64,000 bases of DNA. Origin: Oikopleura dioica (lineage: Eukaryota > Animalia > Chordata). Both the position numbers and the translations under genes were made by a program. Below the pieces are notes generated by a model, which saw only the letters and a program-made list of their open reading frames with translations, had not been told where the DNA came from and ran no database searches. Location: contig OU015567.1 in the NCBI GenBank assembly GCA_907165135.1, forward strand, positions 7,440,001 to 7,504,000. The letters are read 5' to 3'. Shown one piece after another: positions 49,148 through 61,798 of this stretch (positions are counted from its first letter, which is position 1; each line of letters begins with the position of its first letter).

Positions 49148-50007
49148 GTGAAATTTACCATTCAAGACAAAGAAGAATATGATAGACTCAAGCAGTCATC
49201 AAAGCCTCCGTCTTCTTATGTGATCCCGGACTGGGTGGAAAAGGAGTCGCAAGAAAGGATGAAGCAAGAAAGGAAAAAGCAAGAAATGCAGAATTCCAAA
49301 AAATCCTCAAAGAAAAAGCCGTCGAAGCAAAAAATTAAATCAAATCAGCCAAAGAAAAACGATATTAGTGCTCAAATAGCGGATCTAGACATAATAGACA
49401 GAAATGCTCCGTCTGGCGAGGTATGTTCTTTTGGATCAAGATAAACCAAATTGGTATTATACATTTTAGCGTGAACCTGATAATGAAACAGACTGGCTAA
49501 CGGTTGGAGCGCCAAGTCAAGAAGAAAAAGACAGCCAAAATCCACCGATGAAACCACGAGCATCCCCGCCAGACGCCTCAGAAAAGCCACCGACCGAAAC
49601 TGAGAAATCAGCTCTCGTTGAACTGGTCGAGTCAACAGATGATGCTCTTCCGGCGGAATCTCAGGGAGATCGAGCGTTGAAAGCTGAAGTTTCTGAACTG
49701 CAGGAGAAACTTGAACGCTATGAGATGTGCCCAATTTGTTTTGAGTGAGTTCTAGTCTTTGTTCTATTTCAAATTCATGTTTAGACGCTACGATGAAGAT
49801 GAACACGCCAAATACTCCCATCAATGTGGCCATGGCTGCTGCTTGACATGCATGAAGATGGAGTTTGCTCGTCAACGTAACTGTAAGAATTTGTGAATTG
49901 GTGTTCATTCAATTTGATAAAAACTTTTTTCAGTGAGAAAAATGAAGTTCTACTGCCACTGTGGATTCGAGATACACGAAAAAAAGATAATCAGAATGTT
50001 CATTTGA
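49148..50007 (+). CDS. Protein with Lys/Glu-rich region and C-terminal RING-like finger; start uncertain
   Basis: Spliced CPICFE|RYDEDEHAKYSHQCGHGCCLTC…|…FYCHCGFEI*. Confidence 0.75.
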
Positions 50008-51560
50008 AGAATGTCTACTGCTACAGCCTACAGTTGAAATGTTTCAACTTGAAACGTTTGATTATTGGAATAAACATGAAAAACAAAAGAATGAAACTCA
50101 AGTCTGAATTCTTCTTCTGGTCACTTTTTCAACTGCATTGGGGGCCTTTAATTTTAAGACATCGTAATTAATCGTAAATATCGTTTTCCACGTGCCCAAA
50201 AATAGCACCATTATTTTCCGCTCAATAGTACTTTTGTTCATTCAATAGAGCAGCTCGTCATTGTCCCTATTTTTATACTGCTCGGTTTTCTTTTCCTATG
50301 GGTCCGAAATTGACATCCTTGACGTGCTAACATGGGTAATTTCACATTTGACTGAATATTGTAATTTCCCATTCTCTCTGGTGAGGCGAGATTAGGGCAC
50401 TTTCGAGTGGCGGTTCATCGCTGGAAATGGGCGATAATTGACCTCACTCGCAATTTGCGACGGAAGAAAGTGTTTGAAGGCGAGCGACGAATCAATATTC
50501 AACAGATAGAATTTCCCCCCAAACCTTAGATAATCCCGGAAGAGATTCTATTGTTGAGCATCGCGCTTTTTTCTCATACAATCAAGGCCGGCCTTAAAAC
50601 TTTTCAAAAACCCAAAACAAAAGCTGAAACAAAAAGAACTTCAAGTCGCTGCTCTTCAGGGAAGAAAACAAAAATCAATCTGCCGACAAACAAACTGTAC
50701 ATTCCAACCCTAAAATCCTAAAATCGATGAGTTTTTATGACGCCGATAATAAACGGTATCAAGTGCGCGATCAACCGCTGAACCGGTTCCTCTTTAATTT
50801 CACATTTCAGTGCACCAGCTTTATGATATCGTTAATTTGACCCTGCGATCTTCCAATTTCCGATTTTCGTCATTGTCCTTTAGAATGGTCTCATTCTTGT
50901 ATTCTACTGTAGAATTTGTACCTGCGAAAGAACCGACAGAGAACTTGTAGACTCTATGTGACTTGCCGACATTTGATCAACAGCATCTTTTTTGGGGCAG
51001 CTCTGATGAAATTTTTGAAAGATATAAAAATATGTATGACGCGTTTATGATAGGGAAAGACTCCCACGCTTTATTAAATTTCAAAACTTTTGAATAAATA
51101 TATATGGGAATAGATATGGTCCATATTGTTGGTGTTTGAGTTATTTTCAATACAGTAAAATTGCAGTAGGAAGCCTGGGAAAACGCTGCATAAAAACCAA
51201 TTCATCAAGCTAGAAACTGTTTCATTTATCAATCGGCGGCATCAAAGATTTGTCTATTTTAGATTTTTATTTACGCCAATTTATGATTCACGTTAATTGA
51301 AACCTCCTTTCCGCATCGTAAATTCGGCGCGCTTGGTGGCGCTGCGGGATCACTATTTTTGTAGCGCGGCTCGCCCTACCATTGTCTAAAAACTCGAAGC
51401 GTTTTCATCGTTCCACCACCGGAGCATCTCGCAACTTCGCCAACACAAAAGAGCTCGTAAAGCGCTTATTTTCACCCGTCTCGTTTTTTTCTAATCCCAG
51501 AGCATCGCCGTCAAATAGAGAGCTCAAGAAGGTTCCGAAAGGAAGAAAGCGAAGAAAGCC

Positions 51561-52805
51561 ATGTCGCAGATTCTTAATATCGGCACCATCTGCTGCTTCT
51601 TGTTCTGTGGACTTACGTTATTTATCCTCTGTAAGTACTGTCATTCTAAAACCGCTTCTTACAGGCATTTTAGTTGATGTACAGTGGCAAAGAGAAAACG
51701 TAGCCGGAAATGTCCGAGAAAACCGAATGGAGACAATTGGTTTGTACTCTTCCATGATTTCGAAATTCTTATCTTCTATTCAAGGTCTTTGGCAACGATG
51801 CCAGTACTTGTCATCAGGAAACAGAGATTGCGACTACTTCGACAACCTCCTCATCTGTAAGTAAACTCGTCGTGCCCGAGAGCGGAGACAACTAAGAGTA
51901 ATTTACAAAATTAATGAATGATTACCCGGATTGAATGACTCGGACGCGCGGCGGACGATAAATTCACTATCAAGCGCGCTTTTTCTTTCCTTTTATGGCA
52001 TTCTACCGATCTTATCAAAATTTCAGGCGTTCCTGGCTACTGGGTTGCCGCTCGAGTCTTCGTCATTTTCGCCACAATTGCTGCGATTGTCAGTCTTGCC
52101 ATGAGCACAGCCGGTCTTTCCTGCGTCAACTGCATCGCCGATCCAAACACAAAGACCAAAATTACTCGCATTGCTGCCATCCTCTTCGCCGTTGCCGCCC
52201 TTTGCCTCGGTAAGACTCCGAACAAGTCCATTCATAACAATGGGGAAAAAGAGCGAGTTTGAATAACGCTCGTTTCAATAGGCCACTTGAAAGCCAGCTC
52301 GAGTGAGTAGCAGCTTAGCGCACTCGTTTTTGATTTTGGAAAAAGCTTGCTCAATAGAATAATATGTTTAATAACTTTCATCAAAAACATTTTCAGGTGT
52401 CGGTGTGACATGGTTCTCCGCGGTCGTTTACCGAAACTTCTCAATGGTCGGCGGAACTGGTTTTTACGGAGGAGGACTTGGCACCATGGGCGGCATGGGA
52501 ATGAACCCTCAATGCGCTACTACTGCTTCTGAATATTTCCTCTCTCGAGGCGGTGTCTTCGGCCGAGATGCCTGGCTCGGTAAGTCATTTTTTCTCACCT
52601 GACTGCGTTTTATCAAAGCAAGTTCCTGACGCGCCGAACTAACTCCAAATTTAAAGGATGGATCAACACAATCATCGGCATCATCGGCGCCGTCCTCATG
52701 TTCTGCGGCTCTTCCGGCAACGATGAAGATGATATGTACAACGACGGAACCATGAACAACAACGGCTACAACTATGGAAAGCCATCTGCCGGCGAATATT
52801 TGTAA
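51561..52805 (+). CDS. CLDN: Claudin family protein
   Basis: W…GLWQRC…C signature in ECL1, four hydrophobic segments, C-terminal …GEYL*; GT-AG introns. Confidence 0.85.
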
Positions 52806-54606
52806 ACTTTGAGAAATAACGAGCAGATAATTGTGTTAGATTTCCACAATATCTACCTGTTGCTAACATTCCTTTTTTCTACGCGAAATGCCTCCCTTCT
52901 TGAAAACCAAAAACACTACTTCTACATCTGAAATCTTCACATCTGCACTAGAATTTTTATTCAGAAACAGACTACTGTACAGTCACGTGATATGCGTGAT
53001 GATACCGATTATATTTTTTTGGCTCAAACTAATTGTGATACTGTGCCAACTGACCATCACAGCCATTTGAAAATTTTGTGAAAAAAAATACGAAAGAATC
53101 AATCAGATTATCTGTAACCTATTTCTAGGAGATAATAAAATATATAAAAAAGTCAAAAATCCTCGTTGTTTGATCTTTTCAAGCATGTCTTCGTTGTTTT
53201 CTGATATGGCGCCATGATCCATTGGTACTAAGTTTTGCATTCTTTGATTGTTCAAAAAGAGTAATAAATCTTCGATAACCTAGTCATGAAATTAGGCATC
53301 TGACCAATAGTAATTTTGCAGAGCGCTCGAACTCGGTATTTACGATCTGCTTCGTTTACGATATCGTCTCGCTTCATCGAGCCCGCAGAAACAATACCAG
53401 TTTACGCGGCTCATTCTAGATCATCCTTTTACAATGCAAAATAAATTGTCTCGTAAAATCAGTAACCCATGCCACTGGAAAGATGAAGCTGAGCGCCTGC
53501 TGTCGACGAGGTACAACTTTTAGTTAACGATGCTACTCATACAGAACCGCTGATCATGAGAGAGGACCCATAGTAAAACATTATCATATGTGTTCAGATA
53601 GTAAATATGTGAAAGAAGCGCCGGAGAAGCGAAAGTTCTTCGAGCGATTTTATTTGCTGACCATTCGCCGACGACAACAAGAAGAGAGGCTATCAAAGCA
53701 CAAGAATTTTCCAGAGGGGATGAAGATGGCTTTTCACAAAGAGTAATGCTCGCAATTCTTTTCTTTGTCTCTTAAATCCCATCCTATAGAAACGAGCAAG
53801 ACGTTATCGCCTTCCGAAGATGTTCGATTAAAAAATATCAAGGAAGAAAGTTCTCGTCGCTAATTGACCTTCAAAATGAAGATGGTGAAAAGGAAACAGT
53901 TCGATAATTAACTTTTATTGATGAAGAACTCCTTTTGTTTTAACCGAAACATTAATTTTTAAAAGATCTCTCTCTAGAACATGTTTTATGTTAAAGGCGA
54001 TAAGCTAGAGATACAATCAGATACAGTGGTGTGAGCAGTTCGCACATCCCTTTTGATTCCCGAAGGTTTTTCTTTCTTTTTGACTAGTAACTATTTTTCC
54101 CCTCAAATGTCTTGTTTGATTAGGTAAAAAGAAATTATAAAAGGTCAGGAATAGTGTTGCGCGGACTGCTCACACGGCTGCTTCTGGTAAAAATGTGCTG
54201 CATCTTTATCTACGGGTATATTTGGACAAAGAAGCGGTTACAGAGCAGAGACGAAATTTCTAACTGTAGATCAAAGACCAGCTACACCGAGCAAGACTAC
54301 CACAACGCCTACAAAAACTTGATGAAGATCAAGCTTCTCCGCCAAGAGAAAGACCTCGAACGAGCAGAATGCATCGAACACAGCGAATTCGACGATAAAC
54401 TTTCACGAGTCACAAAAGTCCTGAAGAAGCAGCACTTGTCCCACCGGAATGTTTTTGGAAGCACTTCCCTTTCCAATGTCAGATTCAACATATAAATAAA
54501 AATCCTCAAAAACACCAAAACACTCAGATTAAAATCTTGAGCAGCTGCATCTGCATTTTGAATCATTGGAATATATTTTGAATCAGGGCATTTTTATTCA
54601 AGAAAG

Positions 54607-56536
54607 ATGAGAATTATTTTGAATTTATTTTTGATAGAGTGCATTCAAGCGGTTTATAATATCGAGCAATGCGATAATTGCGGACTAGATATACAGGTAA
54701 GTATCAAAAAAGAAATACTCTTTGGAGTTTCTTTTAGACCGAAATCAAATGCCCGAGAAATCTCCCTCAGTTTTGCGACTTTGCGCCCAATTGCGAGGCA
54801 ATTGTGGATCTTAGCCAATTTGGAGCAGAAAAGCTTATCCACTTTTTCGGGATGGATTTTTAAAAATTGAACAAAAACATTCTTTTATATAAATAGTTAT
54901 TCATCCATTTTCAAGACTATAATTTCTTGAGAAATGGTTTCACAAAAGACTCCATTTCATTGAGGTATGAATCCTCCTCGCTGAATAAGGTGCAAAAATA
55001 ATTTCAGTTTTCACTGGTGTCACACAAGTAGCTGCCTGAATCACCTTTTGACCGATGACGTCGACTGCACGGTCGCCATCGCCCCTGGTCAGAAATTAAA
55101 GTCTTCAATCAGTGCAAAGTGTAGCAGCAATTATGAGTGCGACGGTGAATCCAACATTTGCCAAGATACAGGAAACGTGGTCGAAAGTCGACGTCCGGCG
55201 ACGTTTATTGTATTTTACGCTGTAATTAAGTCTACTCATGGGACTTATTGATTTTCCTATGGTACAAAGGGGTAATTGATGAGCAAATACTTTCACTACG
55301 GGCAGAACAATAGACGATCTTTCTGAATATGCGTTTTAGACGTCGCTTCATTCAGAATAATTTGGTTAGATGGTCTGAAAACATCCTCGCGACCATGTAT
55401 CAGGTCTCTTTCTAAAACTAGTTTCCCAGTCGTCAAGGATCGGCCCGTATTCTGGCTGGGCGAGTCAATCTTGTCAAGGGAATGTTTGCGCCTTCAAGAT
55501 GTGCAACTTCCGATGCGAGTTTCCTAAGCAAAAAATCATCGTCCATGATCTTGGTCTTCAGCCTTCTTGCTCTGATTGTACGAGTCCTGTGATCCCGATG
55601 CTGAAAAGCAAGAGTGACTGGAGTTGCACCGTGAGAGGTAATCATCTTTAAAATTCTTGCGCCGCTAAACCGAATAAGCACTTTTGGTAACGTCTCGGAA
55701 TGAGCCGATTAAGATGAATGGCGACTACGTCGGCAAGCACATCACGAGTCAGTCAATAGCAATGGGCGAGAATGTACGAGTCATCTATGCCTTCGACAAT
55801 TATCCAGAAAATATGCGACCGTGGATCGATTCTTGTGAAATAATCCTCCCGTCTTTGAACCAAAATGTCACTGTTGTACGAAACGGAGCCGTGCTCGATT
55901 GTAAACTCACGAGAGACATCAATTTTCAACTATTGCAGCCTTCAATCTACTTGCCTGATCCAGGAATCGTCCAGTTCGTTGCATTTACCCCTGAAAATCA
56001 CAAAGGTTCTAAATCTCATAAACATCTGAGTCAGATGATCTGACTACTTTTCCTAGGAAGTTTCGGAATACGACTCAAGTGTCGTGCCATACTTTTGGAG
56101 AAAACGACTAGCCAGTATTCATCCGCTCATAAAATCACGACAAGGGAGACATCTACTACACAGCTCACGAAAGACACCATTGACTGGTCCAGGCAAGAGT
56201 CGATTAAACTCATAAAATTAATACCTCGATGAGTTCGAGATTCACTCAACAGTTATGAACGGAATGACTACAAATTCGAAGCTCTTGTATCAAACAATCT
56301 ACCGGAGGAGTCAGTAACAACCGTCACCATGAAAATCTCGCCTGACAGAAAAACATCTTGGCAATGGGCAGCAATTTTCGTCATTATTCTCACTCTTGTA
56401 TGCTTGATTATTATTTGGAGGTATGCTAAACTCCTGATGGTTTATCTTTACCTTGACTTTTAGCTCAAAGAAAGGATGTACAAAGAAAAAGGTTCGCTAC
56501 ATTTCACCCTTTTTGGCCGGTATGACAACGAGATAA
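54607..56536 (+). CDS. Probable single-pass secreted/membrane protein with a ZP-C-like segment; may be more than one gene
   Basis: Signal-like N-terminus, Cys-rich exon at 55020-55250, WIDSCEI…VVRNG…VQFVAF…IRLKC pattern reminiscent of ZP-C, TM WQWAAIFVIILTLVCLIIIW, basic tail. Confidence 0.4.
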
Positions 56537-57389
56537 ATTTAGAGAAAGCGCAAAAATATCTGGCACGGGCTGCCGAAATTTGTTGAAAGTCATACCATCA
56601 AAGACAAAGAGACCGCGAAGATCGTTTGGGTTGAAAAAACCAAGCCGGAAGGAATTTAGAGTCGACTCAATCAACAACAGTCACATCAACTTTGAAACAC
56701 CTAGTGCTGTCAGCATGAGCATAAAATAAAGAATTTATTTCACCAAACGATTCTCTAGGAGGATAATTCATCTGCTAGAGATAATACCGATGATTTCAAT
56801 GCATTGCCCCGAAAAAATCGAGGTATCCATATATGGATACCTGCCCTTTGCCGCACGAAGGCGCTCTTGTGCTAGCCTAAAAAGTCCTCACCGCTTTCTT
56901 ACTTTTGCTCCAGAGCAGACTCAATTAAAAAAATTGATAAATGGTGGTGTTTGGGCCTGGTGGTGGTGTTATTAAGTAAAAATATTAAAGATGTCACAAA
57001 AATCAAACTTGAATATAAAGAATTAATTAAAAAATTCAATGAACAATAAAATAAATAAATACGATTTTATTCTGAATTCTAAATCTGAGCAAATTAAATT
57101 AAAGCTTGTCTAAGGTAAAAATTCTGAAACCGAAGATAAAATTTTAAAATCGCTTGAACCAGAATGGATGAAAAAACGGCAGGGGCGAGATTCGATCTCG
57201 CGCCGCCCGCCCCAATTTCCAGAGCGATACCACTACGCTACAGGCTCCTGAAGCATGGCCTAACTTTTAAATTTATGTAGTAATTTACTATAAAAATTAA
57301 AAATATAAACCCCAACCGTCAACATTTTTCGTAAAAAAATCGAAAATTTTGGAACAGCCATATTTTGGCTTCTTAGTGCAGAGTTCGAA

Positions 57390-57635
57390 ATTTCCCGCGC
57401 CGCAAGCTCCCGCGAGCCCCCGCGGGAGCGGGGGAGAGGAAAATTTCTCCCGCGCCCCCGCTCCCCCAAGATATTTGGATATTCTTTCCCCCTCCCCCGC
57501 TCCCTCGAGATTTTCGTGAGATCCTTCCCCCTCCCCCGCTCCCGCCGTAAATTTTCATGCCTTCTTCCCGCCCCTTCCCGCGCCGCGAAAACTCAAAAAT
57601 GCTCCCGCGGGGCTGCGGGAGCAGCGGGGAAGAAG
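57390..57635. repeat. GC-rich element with direct repeats and three CCCCCGCTCCC units, abutting the satellite
   Basis: ttcccgcgccgc…gctcccgcg…gcgggagc repeated near 57390 and 57577. Confidence 0.6.
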
Positions 57636-57648
57636 GTTTTAAATTATC

Positions 57649-59388
57649 GGGCCGTCTCAGCCCCGTCCCTGGCTTTTTATTTAAATGGGCTTGACGGCCC
57701 TTCGGGCCGTCTCAGCCCCGTCCCTGGCTTTTATTTAAATGGGCTTGACGGCCCTTCGGGCCGTCTCAGCCCCGTCCCTGGCTTTTATTTAAATGGGCTT
57801 GACGGCCCTTCGGGCCGTCTCAGCCCCGTCCCTGGCTTTTATTTAAATGGGCTTGACGGCCCTTCGGGCCGTCTCAGCCCCGTCCCTGGCTTTTATTTAA
57901 ATGGGCTTGACGGCCCTTCGGGCCGTCTCAGCCCCGTCCTGGCTTTTATTTAAATGGGCTTGACGGCCCTTCGGGCCGTCTCAGCCCCGTCCCTGGCTTT
58001 TTTATTTAAATGGGCTTGACGGCCCTTCGGGCCGTCTCAGCCCCGTCCCTGGCTTTTTTATTTAAATGGGCTTGACGGCCCTTCGGGCCGTCTCAGCCCC
58101 GTCCCTGGCTTTTTTATTTAAATGGGCTTGACGGCCCTTCGGGCCGTCTCAGCCCCGTCCCTGGCTTTTTTATTTAAATGGGCTTGACGGCCCTTCGGGC
58201 CGTCTCAGCCCCGTCCCTGGCTTTTTTATTTAAATGGGCTTGACGGCCCTTCGGGCCGTCTCAGCCCCGTCCCTGGCTTTTTTATTTAAATGGGCTTGAC
58301 GGCCCTTCGGGCCGTCTCAGCCCCGTCCCTGGCTTTTATTTAAATGGGCTTGACGGCCCTTCGGGCCGTCTCAGCCCCGTCCCTGGCTTTTATTTAAATG
58401 GGCTTGACGGCCCTTCGGGCCGTCTCAGCCCCGTCCTGGCTTTTATTTAAATGGGCTTGACGGCCCTTCGGGCCGTCTCAGCCCCGTCCTGGCTTTTATT
58501 TAAATGGGCTTGACGGCCCTTCGGGCCGTCTCAGCCCCGTCCCTGGCTTTTATTTAAATGGGCTTGACGGCCCTTCGGGCCGTCTCAGCCCCGTCCCTGG
58601 CTTTTATTTAAATGGGCTTGACGGCCCTTCGGGCCGTCTCAGCCCCGTCCCTGGCTTTTATTTAAATGGGCTTGACGGCCCTTCGGGCCGTCTCAGCCCC
58701 GTCCCTGGCTTTTATTTAAATGGGCTTGACGGCCCTTCGGGCCGTCTCAGCCCCGTCCCTGGCTTTTATTTAAATGGGCTTGACGGCCCTTCGGGCCGTC
58801 TCAGCCCCGTCCCTGGCTTTTATTTAAATGGGCTTGACGGCCCTTCGGGCCGTCTCAGCCCCGTCCCTGGCTTTTTATTTAAATGGGCTTGACGGCCCTT
58901 CGGGCCGTCTCAGCCCCGTCCCTGGCTTTTATTTAAATGGGCTTGACGGCCCTTCGGGCCGTCTCAGCCCCGTCCCTGGCTTTTATTTAAATGGGCTTGA
59001 CGGCCCTTCGGGCCGTCTCAGCCCCGTCCCTGGCTTTTTATTTAAATGGGCTTGACGGCCCTTCGGGCCGTCTCAGCCCCGTCCCTGGCTTTTATTTAAA
59101 TGGGCTTGACGGCCCTTCGGGCCGTCTCAGCCCCGTCCCTGGCTTTTATTTAAATGGGCTTGACGGCCCTTCGGGCCGTCTCAGCCCCGTCCCTGGCTTT
59201 TTTATTTAAATGGGCTTGACGGCCCTTCGGGCCGTCTCAGCCCCGTCCCTGGCTTTTTTATTTAAATGGGCTTGACGGCCCTTCGGGCCGTCTCAGCCCC
59301 GTCCCTGGCTTTTTTATTTAAATGGGCTTGACGGCCCTTCGGGCCGTCTCAGCCCCGTCCCTGGCTTTTTTATTTAAATGGGCTTGAC
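57649..59388. repeat. 54-bp tandem satellite, about 32 copies, each with a GAA-triloop hairpin
   Basis: Unit gggccgtctcagccccgtccctggcttttatttaaatgggcttgacggcccttc; variants are essentially in T-run length and one C. Confidence 0.97.
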
Positions 59389-59579
59389 TAAGGCTTGGAT
59401 AAGATTAGAGATGATCAGTCTCAAATCTATCCCCAACCCCACCCACACCCGTTTTTAAATTTATCCCAGTTTATTCTTCCCGAGTTTTAGTTATGGTTTT
59501 TACTTAGTATGGACTTCAAATGAATACCATTTTCGGTATACCGGATAATTCCCTTGAAGATATTATTTTTCCTCAATTT

Positions 59580-59880
59580 GGTTAAAATTCTTCCATTTCC
59601 ATGGTCCTCCGGGTCCTCCAAAATGTTACATGATAAAATTAAGGACATATTTATGACAAGAAGTTAAAGTAAAGTATATAAATATGGTTCCCCAATGTCG
59701 TCTTCTCTCAAAATCTTCCATCAGGTGAGGTCCTCCGGGGTCCTCCAAAAATCCACGTGATTTTTTATCGCGAAATATTTTGTTAACGTGACGAGAAATT
59801 TGTTCAACGAAGATTTCCCTGGAAGAGATTATTCTTCTTTCAATTTAAAATTCTTCCACCAGGAGGGGTCCTCCAGGCAC
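59580..59880. repeat. Degenerate tandem repeat of about 130 bp, three copies
   Basis: aaa(t)tcttcca…ggtcctcc(g)gggtcctcca recurs near 59585, 59710 and 59848. Confidence 0.55.
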
Positions 59881-60111
59881 CAGGAACGAGGCAAATGCTC
59901 GCTTGGTGTCGCTAATTCGGGCTTAAGTTTTCGGGGCAATCATCAAAAATCATCGGTATGGATATCTCGATAAATATATTTAGTAACAGGAATGAAATGA
60001 CCGTTCTCATAAGTGATATAACAGCAGTGAAGATAAATGGGCAAATGTAATGTTAATTGAATTCTATTTCTTCGGCGTATTCTGAGAACTGTTAGATATT
60101 GCTTCCAAGAG

Positions 60112-61659
60112 TTAGCATACCTTTGGTGTTTTCTGTTTTCTCGGAACTGTAGGGCGCCAGCTTCCTTGTGGAGGCCCATTCCATCCACCAGGGCAAGCAT
60201 AATTTGGAGGACCATTCCAAATTTCTGGTGCAGGTGGGCCATCAAAGTAATGTTGATGCCACGGATCAGGAGGGTAAGCCCATTGATTTGGAGGAGCAGC
60301 CCATGGATCTGGGGGACCAGCCCACGGATCTGGAGGACAACCCCATGGATCTCGAGGGGCCCAGTCCTCGGCCCAACCTGACTGCTGGGGCAAATGTGGA
60401 GTAAAAGGCATGCGATGAAAACCTCGTCCTCTGCCACCACCTCTTCCTCCTCCACGAGGAGTTTGTGTATTTCGCGGGATGATTTCCGACTTTCGTCGTT
60501 TACTGTCAGGCTCTTCGGTGGAAGGATCTTTTGTTGGGTCGATATTCTCTTGCGCTTTCTCGATTTTCTGACTGTCTAGTGAGTGTCTTTTTGCAACTGC
60601 CGCATTTTCAGTTTCGCGCTTTCGCTTTACAGCTCTGTATTTTCTTCTTTGCGTAAGTGCTCGTTCCATGGCATTGCCGAATAGTCGCTCTAAAGAAGGA
60701 TTGCCTCCTTCTTTTTCGTCTTTGATATCAACGGGGGTTTCTATTTCATAACCCCACTCTTCGCAGCAGGTTTTTAGAAACAAGAAGCTGAGCCAGCGAT
60801 GAGCGATTTGGTTCCAGTGCACGCCGTCGTTCTCCCGCAGCTTGTCTTGATTCTGTATCTTTCTGAACATGTAATGTGCATCCAAATATGCCCAGTCAGT
60901 GGTTTCTATGACTTTTTGAGCGGCAACGTTAGCAAATCCAATGTCTCTTCTGAAGCTTTCAGAGGCACCTCCGAATTGAATTTCTTCCACAAGGCCTCCA
61001 AAAGTATGCCGGCTGATTGGAAGAGCACTGCGCCATATTTTCAACGGCTTATCTCTCTTTTGCTGGTTTTCTTTCTCTCTTCTTTCGTTCTCGGCTTTGT
61101 AGAGTTCGTCAACGTGATCGACGAGAAGACGCAAATTGTAAGTAAATTGAGGAAAGTAACGTTGCCCGCGGATTTCTTCGCCATCGCCATATCTTGTCAC
61201 GTCCCAAAAAGTACTCTGAATGTAGATTACATCTGGAAAATGATCTTCGCAATAAGTCGAAATCATCGCTTTCAGGCCCTCGCTGAAGACTCTCGTGACA
61301 AAAATAAATCGAATGAGAAACGAATCCTCCCATCCATCTTCCCCGGCTATTCCTCGCCATTCTCGCACCTCGCAAAAGTTCGTTCCGTTCATTTTCGCCG
61401 TAGATGCGACCAATCTGTCTCCTCGGAAGCATGCCTCTACTTTGAAGCGCTTTTCGTGTTCAGTCATCATACTGCCATCTTCGATCAGAGAGACGAGGTC
61501 TTTATACACGCATCTCTTAATTTAACTTTGACCATCAGCCTCACTAAAGCGTTAAAACCTGGACTGAATCGCCAATTATCATTATGTATTTATTCTTCAA
61601 TATCGCTCTAGCATGTTCGGAAAAGAAGAGTTCCCCTTCTTGTTGCGATTTCCTTTCCA
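60112..61659 (-). CDS. PCED1: PC-esterase domain-containing protein (FAM113/SGNH-like) with RGG and Pro/Trp-rich tail
   Basis: LKNKYIMIIGDSVQ|RCVYKDLV, NGTNFCEVR, FIFVTRVFS, PDVIYIQSTFWDVTRYG, DGVHWNQIAHR. Confidence 0.88.
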
Positions 61660-61798
61660 TTATCTCTTGAATTCATGAATTTAAAAGTTTTCTAGCGCCT
61701 TGCTTTTAAATAGAATGAACAATTAAAGAATGAAGAATAGAAGACATCAGGTAAATCAGTAAAAATGCACGTAAAGTTGAAAGCGTCAGAAAAGTCGA

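Noticed and set aside
53180-54495. Scattered exon-like segments on the plus strand
   Set aside because: No consistent model or recognisable motif; left unannotated.
57516-59209. ORFs encoding (FYLNGLDGPSGRLSPVPG)n
   Set aside because: Artefact of a 54-nt (18-codon) satellite unit; frame broken by T-run variants.
60799-61611. 270-aa antisense ORF; likewise 9859-10266, 43405-43842 and 44072-44692
   Set aside because: Antisense shadows of PCED1, GLUD1 and SEL1L exons with no recognisable motifs.
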